Shown here one piece after another: positions 38,150-49,483 of a stretch of 64,000 bases of DNA. The position numbers and the translations under genes are program-made. How positions within the stretch are numbered: the first letter of the stretch is position 1; every line of letters starts with the position of its first letter. Source of the DNA: Macrostomum lignano (Eukaryota); assembly GCA_002269645.1 (NCBI GenBank), contig NIVC01003770.1:13715-77714 (forward strand), read 5' to 3'. The notes beneath the pieces are model-generated. The model searched no databases. It worked only from the letters and a program-made list of their open reading frames with translations, and was not told the DNA's origin.

Positions 38150-38700
38150 ACTCAGCTACAGGTGTTTCCGGACATCCGGATACAGTGGGGAGGCGTCGCC
38201 GCCCATCCTGCTAACCCCTGACGACGAGCAGTTGGTGATGCGGTGCCGTGCAGGGAGATCCGGTGGTGCCGGTGTCCGCAGCGCAGTCCCCCTCCGGGTG
38301 GTCGCTCGCCCGGTAGCCTTTAGTTAGCGGGCAAGCCGGCAGAAGTTCTCGGGGCCGAGGTAGTTGGAAAGGTCCGGGTTTTGGGCCCAGGTAGGTGAGC
38401 CTGTCCTGAGCAAAGGCGGGGCAGTCACAGATGAAGTGCTCCGCACTATCAACACTGGCGCAGAGGCAGAATGGGCATTCCTCATTACGGATTTTTCCCG
38501 GAGGTAGCAATACCTGGCAGAACAGTCATGGTCCATTTGTCCCTCCGGTTGAATTTTGCAGCCGTAGACGTCGTGCGAAAGAGTTCAACAGCAGCCGTAA
38601 GCAATTCGGCAACTGGAATTGCGAAAAAGGCCAGACCGACCCAGGCCCCCCTTGGCGATTGGTTCCGAATGGAAATTTGTAAGTAATGCTGCTCATATCT
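38150..38700 (-). mobile_element. Decayed 3' end of a non-LTR retrotransposon (R1/LOA/I-like ORF2 CCHC finger plus 3' UTR)
   Basis: [32 protein letters not shown] matches the C-x2-C...EH...C-P...R...LG C-terminal motif of these clades. Flanking motif-like pieces need frameshifts. Ends in AAGTAAGTA next to a satellite. Confidence 0.55.
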
Positions 38701-38761
38701 GATGCAACACAATCGGCGCGTACCCCGGTTAGTTCAAGCTGATAAGCTTCATTGCTTGCAG

Positions 38762-38902
38762 ATGGACCGATCACACTGGGCCACGTGATCGCAGTCTCGC
38801 TAAGCGTAGTCACGCTACTGCTAGTCGCCTGCCTTGCAGCCGGCCTCGTCAGCTGCTACTGCCGACGAATTCGTCGAAAACGGCGACACGCAGAATTTAC
38901 GA
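38762..38902 (+). CDS. Orphan Ig-TM protein, exon 2: transmembrane helix and basic stop-transfer
   Basis: Acceptor TTGCTTGCAG|AT. Reads VIAVSLSVVTLLLVACLAAGLVSCYC-RRIRRKRR. Donor ACG A|GTAAGT. Phases match both neighbours. Confidence 0.78.
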
Positions 38903-39122
38903 GTAAGTCTTGGATGGTCTTGGATGAATTTTCAACTCGTTTTGTAATTGCTTTTTTGTAAGAGATTAAATTTTAGGACAAGATTTGGTACATTTTTCAA
39001 ATTTAAATATTCTAGACACATCGTCTACTTAAAGTAGAAATATAAGTGTAACATGCTATTCTTCGTAATGACAAACACTATAACCAGAACTATAAATAGC
39101 TTCGCCTGTGTGGACTGCACAG

Positions 39123-39928
39123 GTGGCTGCGGCGCCTCGCTGCCGCGCGGCCGGCAGACACCAATCAGCGGCTTCTCAACAGCCGACATCGCAGCCGCCG
39201 CGGCCGCCTCGGTGTCGGCATCAGCCACCTTGCAGGCTGGCGCAGACTCGTCGTGGACTTCATCGCCAATCTACGCCGACGTTGAATCTTCGCCGCTGAT
39301 CAGCGGCGGCGGCAGTGCCGGTCATCGACAGGATGCCGCCTTCGGCTCCCAGGGCCGTGGCATCAACGGGGCGGCCGTTGCTGTGGGAAGCAGCAGTGGT
39401 TCGTTCTTCAATCGCGACCAGCTTGGACGTCACTCGTTTCACAGCGTCCGCCAGCAGCATCAGGTGGTCAACCGAGGCGCGACCTCATCAGCCGCTGCGT
39501 CGCCCGCGATTCCTAGGCAAAATCCGCTGCATTCTCCGCCATTCGCATTCGCTCCATCATCGGATGCTGTACCAGTGCCAATCCTGCAGCTGGTGACTGA
39601 GCAGCGAGTTGAGATTGACCGGCTCAGCCAGCAGCTGCGCAATTCGCAGAGGCAGTTGAACCAACTCGTGGCGTCGCACACAGACCTGCACCGGTGCCTG
39701 AGCTCCAGGCAGCTCAACTCAGCTGTTCGGCACAGACACGAGAGCGGTCCGCAGCAGCTGACTAATGAGTACCAGCAGGACCCCAGCCAGGACCGCTCTA
39801 TTGTCGGAGGCGTCTACGGCTCCACAGATGCGCTGACGGTGGAGACAATTGACGAAGAATTTGAGGCTGATGGAACTTTGAAAACGCCGGCTCGCAAGCA
39901 GCAGCAGCAACGGCAGCAGTTGCATTAG
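39123..39928 (+). CDS. Orphan Ig-TM protein, exon 3: cytoplasmic tail with Tyr motifs and a predicted coiled coil
   Basis: Acceptor CTGCACAG|GT, phase 1. Open to TAG at 39928. Contains IYADV, EYQQ, VYGS and a heptad-like run LVTEQRVEIDRLSQQLRNSQRQLNQLVASH. Confidence 0.72.
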
Positions 39929-41544
39929 CGGCTTAGGCCATCGTCATTACATACTTGTCGCCTTGACTTTTGCCATACGTATAGTATTGGTTTAAATCTG
40001 ATACGCCAGTACATGTAACATGTGTAACGCAATCGATCTGCTTATGCTTATGATTTTTGATACACCTGACTAAGCTTCCCTTTACAGTTTAACGTTGCTA
40101 TTTAGTAAAAAAAACCATGGCTGATATTGCAATATCCACAAATCAATGAGAGAGTTTTTTACCGAATAAGTCAATCACTGGTAGCTAGGCGAAAGAACGG
40201 TACTAACAATGTAAATTGAGCAAGAACAATAGCGATAAGGCAGCCACATGCTCAACAACAACGCGAGGACGGAGAAGCTCGGCGTTGATCCGTATCAACA
40301 GACTTTCCCGACATGTCTACAGGTATGACGATTGGAAACTCAAGGCCGCTGTACACCCTGTGTGAGCGTGAGCATGAGTGCGTGCCTGCGTACAGTATTG
40401 GCGCGCTTGCATGTGCTCAGGAGCCAGCGGAATGGGCAGAATCGCCTCAGCGCTAGTTGCGGGTGCTCGCAGCCCTCCTGCAAATGTTTGTTAGCATTAT
40501 TAAGCTCTAGAATATATATAAGCTACAGCAGTCAAACTACTATCGAGTGAGTAGGTATGGAGCAATTTTTGCTTTGGCTCATAATAAATTCAAGAAGAAA
40601 AAAATAAACTATCAATCAAAATAAGTTTTCCATCAATCGCCCGCTTGCGCATACGGCTTCTCCGAGTTGCTTCTCCATCTCTAGGCGTCTCAACATTCTC
40701 CCGCAATTACACTTGTCCAGTTCTCCAATGCCGACTAACAAGAAGTGAGTACAGGCGCCAGCTAGGCCTTGACTTGCCTGGAGTGTATAGATGCCTTCGA
40801 AATCAGGCGCCGGTGTGTGTGGGCTGCAAGGGGAAGGCGTCGTTTCTCATTTCGGTGGGCAAGGCCCGTTAAGCCGGAGACCTATAATTGGTGGGTGCCT
40901 CCGGAGTTTTTGTTGAGTGGCCAAGGCGGCAGTAGAGGGGGGCGGCCCGGGGAGCCTGCATGGTGGCAACTGTGTGATATGGCGGTGATGAGCTGGCAAA
41001 ACTCGCGGACGGCCTGGAGACCGCGGGGGAGCACGAGGGGAAGGGAACTAACTTGAAGACGGCAGAAGGAAGCAGCCAACGAGTTCAGTTCAGTCGCACT
41101 TGAGATGGAGAAAAAAACACAGAAGAAAGTTCTACCCAGAATTCGTCCCGGGAAGTGAAAGGCAAAACCGGGAATATAGAACTTTATTCGGTTCTTCTGC
41201 TTTTTTCGGAGAAAAGGGAAAATGGCTTACGAAATCAGACATTCGGTTCATTCTACAAGGCCACTACAAGGCAAGAGAGGAGCGACAGTGCAATAGGTAA
41301 GTTCTTATACTGTGCTCAAGAGGTAAATACTCGTATGTTTGTTCCTACCCGAAGGCACACTTTTTTAATTTGCACAAATCAAAACTGTGCAGTGCCAGCA
41401 GTGTTTGAAGTATGTTTCATTTTTTATTGAAGTTTTTTTAGCAGATGGCTTTAGTAAAAGTACTAGCCGTAGTCAGCAAAAAAGTTCAAATATTCAAATT
41501 GTAACTCTTCTGAAATTAAATGCCACCAATATTCTTGGACCTAC

Positions 41545-41690
41545 CGGGGGGATTGCTGAGATGTCAATGCTTACGGGGGGAGGAATCGTTAAGATGGTAA
41601 GGCTTGGGGGGGGAATTGCTGAGATGTCAAGGCTTGCGGGGGGAGGAATCGTTAAGATGGTAAGGCTTGGGGAGAATTGCTGAGATTTCA
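41545..41690. repeat. Short G-rich tandem repeat (about 33-bp subunits, 66-bp dimer)
   Basis: GGAATTGCTGAGATGTCAAGGCTT and GGAATCGTTAAGATGGTAAGGCTT alternate. Confidence 0.75.
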
Positions 41691-42197
41691 AGGTTGAGGT
41701 CAGAAGCTGCATGTAGTTTAATCAAATTGTTATTTTACTTTTTTGTTGGCTCCCCAACGGTGAGGCGCTGATTGCTAGTAGACAAACTCACTCCGCTAAG
41801 CTGTTAACATTCTTGGATCTCAGGCTAGTGTAAGAAAAGAATACCTATGGAAGCAAAGAGAACGGGAAACTGTGTGTGTACATAAGAAGACGCGATGGGC
41901 GTGCCTTGTGGCATGGCAGATAGCCAGGTTTCAATTCTTTTCGAAAGTTTCGCGCGACATGAGCTCAGTGCAGAGACACACAGAATTGGCAACAATGTGC
42001 AAACAATAGAAGGAAGAATGACAGAACAGCACACCAACCTCATTGCCAACCTTCTTTTTATGCATGCATCTATTTTTGCTCTACGCGAGAGACTTAGGTT
42101 GAGCTTGCTGATGAGAAGAGATACCCACACAGGAATGTCACTGAGCTCTAAAACTTTTCGTTGCAATTATTTCTCTGTAACAGACTGGGCTGCACCG

Positions 42198-43445
42198 ATG
42201 CTTTGGAACGCTCTGATGTTGCTACTGCTAATGCTGACCGCAGTTCCCACCGATGTTGACTCAGCCAGCCTTGCGGAAGTCTGCGGCCACAGCTGCAACT
42301 TTACTAGCCTGTATCAGGGCCTGTCGCGAACTCTGACAGCCGCAGCCACCTCAACGGAAGATAACGACAGGGAACTCGCCGATTCTGTGGCAGACTTTGC
42401 TAGCGGTTTGTCGGCGCTCAACCTTCGCCTCCGACAGGAGCTCGCACAGGCCGCCAACTGCGCCAGACGCTGGCTGAAAGGACCAGTTGGCTCCAACTGC
42501 TACCTCTGCTGCCCCGACCCGACTCTGGGCGATCTGATCCCCGCGATGGACTGCATCAAAGCCGAGGTGAAGCTCAGCATAGCCGGCGCTGACAGGGCTG
42601 CCGCGACCGCGCTGCCGCGATCTTACAACTATCCCGACTTGGCCTTCGACACGCACAACGTCTTCTCGGGCGCCTTTATGGACTTCGTGCGGCAGCTAGC
42701 GATTGATTCTAGACAGGCCCGTCTTGAACTGGACGCATTCGGCGTGTTCTACAGCCGACTGCGGCTGTTGCCGGACAAAGTGAACATCACCTTGACGCCA
42801 ATGGATCACAGCGACTGTCTTAAACTGCATCCGCTTTGGCGAAACATGTTTGGCGTGGCGTTGCAGCAGCTGGTTATGCGCGAGGTTGCTGCGTCAGGAT
42901 CCGCCCAAGGCTATTCCAAGGACTCCGAGGCGGTTTGGCGAGCTTATTTAAACGTGGCCGATATTGCTACGCGAGCGAAAATTGCGTGCAACTCCATTTC
43001 AGCTAGCAAGTCACGCAGCGTTCTCGATGTCGGCGGACAGCATAGCCACATCGCGTTAGCAGTTCTGCTGCCGATTCTGTTTCTGCTGTTTCTGGCAATT
43101 TTAATCGTGATTTTGCTGCGCCGCCGACGGAAGCAAAAGCGACGAAGGCGTGAATTTGCCATGGATCAGCCGACTGCGGATACAGTCGATGAGCAAGGTT
43201 CCGCTGTAGCTGCCATTATAAACAGAAAAATCACCGACGATAACGAGACGAACTGCGAGGACCGCGTCAGCGCAAAAGCCGATGAAGATAACATCGAAGA
43301 CGGCGACGATGACGCTGACTGCGGCGACACAGCGTCCAGATCGTCTGCCGATGGGGCTGACCTGGGGGCGGCTGCGGCAGTAGGCGTCGACAGTGTGCTC
43401 CGCCGGCCTGACGGCAGTGTGATCAATGATCCTGATGAGATGTGA
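42198..43445 (+). CDS. Orphan type-I membrane protein (415 aa): signal peptide, Cys-containing helical ectodomain, TM helix, acidic tail
   Basis: MLWNALMLLLLMLTAVPTDVDS leader; TM IALAVLLPILFLLFLAILIVILL followed by RRRRKQKRRRR. Acceptor TCTCTGTAACAG at 42183 lies just upstream of the ATG, and a strong donor ATAG|GTAAGT at 41296 suggests a 5' UTR intron. The supplied ORF start (41895) is probably too long. Confidence 0.75.
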   Translation: MLWNALMLLLLMLTAVPTDVDSASLAEVCGHSCNFTSLYQGLSRTLTAAATSTEDNDRELADSVADFASGLSALNLRLRQELAQAANCARRWLKGPVGSNCYLCCPDPTLGDLIPAMDCIKAEVKLSIAGADRAAATALPRSYNYPDLAFDTHNVFSGAFMDFVRQLAIDSRQARLELDAFGVFYSRLRLLPDKVNITLTPMDHSDCLKLHPLWRNMFGVALQQLVMREVAASGSAQGYSKDSEAVWRAYLNVADIATRAKIACNSISASKSRSVLDVGGQHSHIALAVLLPILFLLFLAILIVILLRRRRKQKRRRREFAMDQPTADTVDEQGSAVAAIINRKITDDNETNCEDRVSAKADEDNIEDGDDDADCGDTASRSSADGADLGAAAAVGVDSVLRRPDGSVINDPDEM

Positions 43446-43654
43446 CTTGTGGGAGTAGCGAGCCTTAAGCTTTCTAGTCAGTAGCAACAATATTTATTTT
43501 TCATTTCTCATATTGTACATAGCTTCTTTAGTTCAATCTCTAATTGTGATTATCGCCGAGTCGATGTAGATATTATTAAGTTATTGACTAGTCGTCAGTG
43601 GGTTGTAGGTCTAGCGGCACTTAAGATTAAGAATGCTCATTCCGTTGATGCCAC

Positions 43655-44180
43655 TGATGCCAGATCCCGATCCAGGAATCCTAATGATGCCAGATCCCGA
43701 CCCAGGAATCCTAATGATGCCAGATCCCGATCCAGGAATCCTGATGATGCCAGATCCCGATCCAGGAATCCTAATGATGCCAGATCCCGACCCAGGAATC
43801 CTAATGATGCCAGATCCCGATCCAGGAATCCTAATGATGCCAGATCCCGATCCAGGAATCCTAATGATGCCAGATCCCGACCCAGGAATCCTAATGATGC
43901 CAGATCCCGATCCAGGAATCCTGATGATGCCAGATCCCGATCCAGGAATCCTGATGATGCCAGATCCCGACCCAGGAATCCTAATGATGCCAGATCCCGA
44001 CCCAGGAATCCTAATGATGCCAGATCCCGATCCAGGAATCCTGATGATGCCAGATCCCGATCCAGGAATCCTGATGATGCCAGATCCCGATCCAGGAATC
44101 TTAATGATGCCAGATCCCGATCTAGCAATCCTGATGATTCCAGATCCCGATTCAGGAACCCTGACGATTCCGGATCCCGA
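43655..44180. repeat. 30-bp minisatellite (GATGCCAGATCCCGATCCAGGAATCCTAAT)n
   Basis: Direct reading. Confidence 0.96.
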
Positions 44181-44984
44181 TAGCTATTCTATATTTAGCC
44201 AAACCTTAAATAAGCGTGCTACTCGTAGTTTGCATCAGGCAAAAACTGCTGGAACATTGACTTCTTACACCGACACTCAGATAAAATTTAATTTGAACAC
44301 CAGCTCAATAATGCTAGACTTTGGAGGTCAGTAATACACTGTATTAATGTATGTCTCTATCACTGTAAATAAATTATTTTTAATAATAACCTAACTTACT
44401 AGTACTATCAATAATACTATCTGTACTAAACTAGAGTTTTGGACTCTAAAAAACGATGAAGGCTTGAAATTTCTATTGAAAAAGTAAACGCAAGATGCGA
44501 TCACATAAGTAAAGCGCGCCTCAAGCGAGCGTGTATATTAGTTAAAAACGAATAGATTATAACAAATACTAATATTAATAATTTTTAAAGATCAAAGCGG
44601 CAAGGTAAAACGAGTGAGCCAGCATAACTTTCCGAATGTTGAAACAGCGAATAAAATAATAAAAAACTTACTTTCAGCTGAATGGCTCAAGTATTTTTTA
44701 TGTAAATATTATATAAATAAGATGCTTTAGAAGACTAGGGTGAAGCCATAAATAAACAGACTAGGGTGACGCAAGCATGATTGGTTATTAAAACTACTAC
44801 TAGTACTATCTTCAGCACAAAAATTAAAACACTATTTGAGAGCAACACGATAATCGCTACAATATTAACACAAATTAGAGTAGAGCTTTGCCGTGTGAGT
44901 GCAAATTTAAAACCAACAAAAATATGAAAACAATACAATACTACTAATAGCAGACAGATATTCAAAAGCTTTCTAAAGCTTTTT

Positions 44985-45395
44985 GATGCTAATCATTTGG
45001 CTGTTCACTTAGCTAATCATTTGCCTGTTCACTTAGCCAATCATTTGGCTGTTGAATTAGCCAATCATTTGGCTGTTGAATTAGCTAATCATTTGGCTGT
45101 TGAATTAGCTAATCATTTGGCTGTTGAATTAGCTAATCATTTGGCTGTTCACTTAGCTAATCATTTGGCTGTTCACTTAGCCAATCATTTGGCTGTTGAA
45201 TTAGCCAATCATTTGGCTGTTGAATTAGCTAATCATTTGGCTGTTCACTTAGCTAATCATTTGGCTGTTCACTTAGCCAATCATTTGGCTGTTGAATTAG
45301 CTAATCATTTGGCTGTTCACTTAGCTAATCATTTGGCTGTTCACTTAGCCAATCATTTGGCTGTTGAATTAGCTAATCATTTGGCTGGTCAATTA
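44985..45395. repeat. 24-bp minisatellite (CTAATCATTTGGCTGTTGAATTAG / ...CACTTAG)n
   Basis: Direct reading. Confidence 0.95.
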
Positions 45396-46024
45396 TTAAC
45401 TAATCACGCGGTGAATTTGGTGGAAGCTTAGGTGAGTGAGTGCTTGAGGAAGACAAAGAAAAATGGATACGATGGAATTAAAAACTGCGTGCAATAGCAC
45501 AATATAGTTATATAATATATACCATAGCTAGATCTACAATAGACTAGCAAAGTTCTGGCACAAGTACAACAATAAGTACGAATAGATTCCGTGAATAGTA
45601 AATCCATCCGAAACAGAGAAAAATAGCTCAAGTGTTTTAAATATCTGCTTCACAAGACACACAGAATGCAATAAGAACTCAGTGAACAAAAATCTACGCA
45701 AAGTAAACTCGTTGGAACTTGGAAGTGACATAAAAGTACATACTATATACTAAGGTGTATAAAAAAGCAATTGACGGTGATGCAAACAAAAGCAATGCAG
45801 CAAGGTAAAAAAGGTTGAAGTGTGAAGACTGCAGACAAAGTGTGCAGCATTGCAACACAGCCGAATCTCAAGTACGTAGTTGCAGGAAATCAAGGCCTGT
45901 CGAAAAAAAACTGCTTTACAACGTAGAATTAAACCAAAAAATATATGACAAAAAAGAACTTTCCGAATATATTTAACATAAGACAAACCGCGCGAGGGAA
46001 CAGTTTCACTGACACATACACTCC

Positions 46025-46368
46025 TGAGAATCTCACCCCACTTATGTAGTAGTCTAGGTGAGAATCTCACCCCATTGATGCAGTCTATAGGTGAGAATCT
46101 CACCCCATTGTTGATGTAGTCTAAAAGTGAGAATCTCACCCCATCGATGTAGTAATCTAGGTAAGAATCTCACCCAATCGATGTAGTAGACTAGGTAAGA
46201 ATCTCACCCCATTGATGTAGTCTATAGGTGAGAATCTCACCCCATCGATGTAGTCTAGGTGAGACTCTCAACACATGGATGCAGTCTAGGTGAGAATCTC
46301 ACCTCATCGATGTAGTCTAGGTGAGACTCTCAACACATTGATGCAGTCTAGGTGAGAATCTCACCCTC
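46025..46368. repeat. About 31-bp array with internal palindrome GGTGAGAATCTCACC
   Basis: Direct reading. The units are tandem, with no unique spacers. Confidence 0.88.
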
Positions 46369-46484
46369 AATGTTCAGCACTATCAAGAAACTCAACGATC
46401 TTCCAAAAAATTGCACTCTGAGATAAATTAAAAACAGTAAGATAGCCGGCACACACTGGCTACACAGCTATGGCCATACGATAG

Positions 46485-46820
46485 TCAGAATAGCAAATCA
46501 GCCGAGTTGGCAGCCGACCAGGCCTCAGACGGGTCGGAGGCAAGCAGGCTGTCGTTCGCTTTTTTATCGGCAAGCGGAGGACCAGCTGAAGCGGCTGTAA
46601 CGGGCGAAGCTGCGCCAATGTTTGCGCCCCAAACAAATTTGTCGGCATTGTTGATCAAGCCTGTTTGATAGTTTGCAATGGATGCTAACGGACTGCTCAA
46701 TGGTACAGCTTCCGGCATCTGATTTGGCTGCTGCAGAGCCTGCTGTCGATGCTCAAGTATGCTCTGGTCGCTCTGGTAGACGAAAGTCTGCTCAAGAGAC
46801 GCCTCGCTAGCGAAAGCCAA
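46485..46820 (-). CDS. Phostensin/taperin-like protein, last exon
   Basis: Acceptor TTTCCCACAG|TTG. The spliced junction reads RRKK|LAFASEASLEQTFVYQSDQSIL, resembling the phostensin/taperin KISFSETALETTYQYPSESSVL region (from memory). Ends ...SADLLF*, comparable to the family's terminal ...ALYF. Confidence 0.7.
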   Translation of the reverse strand: MAFASEASLEQTFVYQSDQSILEHRQQALQQPNQMPEAVPLSSPLASIANYQTGLINNADKFVWGANIGAASPVTAASAGPPLADKKANDSLLASDPSEAWSAANSADLLF

Positions 46821-47200
46821 CTGTGGGAAAATTACTATTATTATTATGCAACGAGACGATGTACTTTAAAAAAGTACAAAAAATTGGCAAGAGTGCATTA
46901 AGCAAGCCAATTGGAATATCAGCTTTTTTAGCAAAGTAAACTTATTTGTGTGCTTGTCTTTAAGTTAAGCTGAGTTCGTTTGGTTAGTATGCATCTGGTC
47001 TGGATAGGCCTCTGTCACCTCAGACAATTACCGTGAGCAAATATGGCGAATATAAAGGTTCACCCTGCTGTGATTGAGAAGCAGCTCTGGGCTTCCGTCA
47101 AACTACAGGTCGGGAATACAGAACCACCGCACCACCCCCACAATGTCAAAAGTCCTTTCTAGTAATAAGATTTAATAATTTGATGGCTTTAACACCTCAC

Positions 47201-49483
47201 CTTCTTTCGTCTAACCTCAGCGCCAGTTACTTTAGAATGCTCCGTTGGCGTTTCTGCTTTCGCTTCGGCCAATAGACGTTGAGCCTCTTCGGCGAGCTGA
47301 GGATCTGCTCGACTATCCAAATGGCCGTGAGCCTCTGCGCTTCGAATATGATCCCAAACTGTGCTCTGGGCAAGCCAGCTGTGCTCATCAGCGGATTCGC
47401 TATCAACTTTATTCCCTAAAGAGAATAGTTGCGGCTTGTTTACTGGCGACTTAACGCACTGGCCAACTCGGACAGGCGTTACACAATCGGGTATGCCTAG
47501 CTTAACAGCTGCTTCATCCGTTGATTCAGCAAAAAAGTACCAAGACTTGCCAGCCCTTCTAATACTGGCCAACTCAGTTGAGCTTAGGGGTACTCGACGA
47601 GCCCTGCTGGTACTGTCGACTTTTGCTACTCCAGCATTACGCAGGGTAGTATCTACGCTGCTCTGTCTTTTAGACGAACTTTTAGGCGCTGTGGCATTGG
47701 TAATAGGTGGAGTTTTATTGTTTTTTTGTTGTTGAACTACCTCAATGCTACTCGGTCTCATGCCTATGCCTTTATGTACTGCGGCATCCGCTAGAAAACT
47801 TTGCTTTTCCTCGCGTTGGACAACTACTACGCTGCTTGGTCTCTTGTGGGTGTTATTAGAAGCCGGACTAGCGGCCGTCGGTTGCCTCTGAAGAGCAATG
47901 GACGACCAAGTCTTAAACTGGCCGCTACTGCCGCTGTCTTGATTAAGGTGAGATCTGGACAGCTGACTGGCAGCGGGTTTGACTGAAGCTAACGAGCCAG
48001 ACTGACGAATAGACTCTGGTCTTTTTCTCACAGGCCTAACCTGATCTTCCAACTGATATCTGCCATTGTTCTTTGTTTTAACAGGTTCAGTATAAATAAT
48101 GCTTGCTGAGCTTCTTTGTGAAACTTTGCCGTCACTCGAGTCAGAGGAAACAAAACGAATTGACGAAGACTGCCGCCTTGGATCGCTTTTCATTTCGTCT
48201 TTGATGACAGCAGCGGATACAGAGGAAACCGAAGTGGCTCTCTTCGTGTACTCTGACTTTTGAGCACTGAAATTATGCCCGGCAGGCACCGAGTGTCTTA
48301 CTGAATCTTTAGGACGAATGGAGTTGATCTGCTGTGTTTTTGAAACACTGGATCGATCAGATTTGTCAGCATAGTCGCGCCTAATGGCAGTTATACCTTT
48401 CTTGATTGAATCATCCCTGGACAAGTTAGAAGTAGCATTGCTGCTAAGCACTGACGGCTTCATTAAGTTTCTTAATGAGTCAGGAAAAGCGCCACTAGAG
48501 GAAATTTCCATCTGTCGTACAGGATCCTTGACTCCAGCTTGACTGACAGACTTTGATAATTGGCTGCTTCGATTTTCGGATGTCTGAGAACTGCCACTAG
48601 CAACATAAATCGACTGTCCGATTGTTTCTTTGGCTTGATCGAGACTTCGGGTGTCATTTGGTCCTGAATGGTTTCTTGGACTATGCGTTGCTAATTTCTT
48701 TGATTCTTCAGGGCTAGCAGTAGCTTGACTAACAATTGTAGGCTTAGCGGAACCAGTAGAATGACTAAATGAAGCTTTAGCCTGCTGCAATATTGACGGC
48801 GTAGTCGATGTCTTATTTGCGCGAATGATAGTTGGTTCGTTGCGTTGCATTATTTTTAAATCGCTCTTATTACTATTGAGATGACCTCCATCTTTATTAT
48901 CTGCTACTTTCTGGTGCTCGGTCGGATTGGCTTCAAAAATTGATCGTACATTCTGTACTATGTTTTTAATTGGAAGCGACACGTCACTGGGTATTGGCAC
49001 GAAACTCTCAGTTTGGTTAGCTTTCTTATTAGTCGCAGCTTCACTGCTCTTTGAAGCAGCGGGTGTTGTGGATATTACTGACTGTGCTGGCTGCTGAACA
49101 GGTGTGATATCTGTCTGTTTCGATTGATTTTTTGTTACTACAAGATTATGCTGCTGTTTGGCGGCCCCAGTTTGAGCAGGTGCAGACGACATTGTCGGTA
49201 GTGCAGCGGTGCCATTCTGTGAACCACAGCCAGCACCGCTCGCCTGCCCGAATCGGTTAAGCAACTGGGTGACAAATCCAGGCTGGAATGGCAACTCCGT
49301 GTCCGACTGTATGCTGTAGCTCTGGCCGCCTGGCCATGGCTGACGTTCGAGCTCTTTGGATCGTTGCAGTTGGACTTCCAGCAGCACGCGATCGATGGCC
49401 GACTGTGGGGGCGCGGTGTGACTAGCCGAGTCCATCTGGTGGAATGCTATAGAGCGTTGATCAGGTAAGCAGTCAGCCAGCAG
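47201..49483 (-). CDS. Phostensin/taperin-like protein, large low-complexity exon (first ATG at 49435)
   Basis: Acceptor ATTCTGCAG|CTG at 49483. About 760 open codons, S/T/Q/K-rich. Donor AAG AAG|GTGAGG, phase 0. Confidence 0.75.

Noticed and set aside
40978-41296. Protein-like frame upstream of, and in phase with, the 42198 gene, interrupted by TGA at 41101 (possible readthrough or selenocysteine)
   Set aside because: No usable in-frame ATG, further stops just upstream, no SECIS-like structure identified, and the downstream ATG already starts a good signal peptide. Best read as 5' UTR.
41895-42197. N-terminal 101 residues of the supplied 516-aa ORF
   Set aside because: They lie upstream of a good splice acceptor (42183) and of the signal-peptide Met, so they are probably intronic.
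45400-45420. CACGCGGTGAAT, a 12-nt match to miR-124
   Set aside because: The seed region differs and there is no complementary arm to form a precursor.
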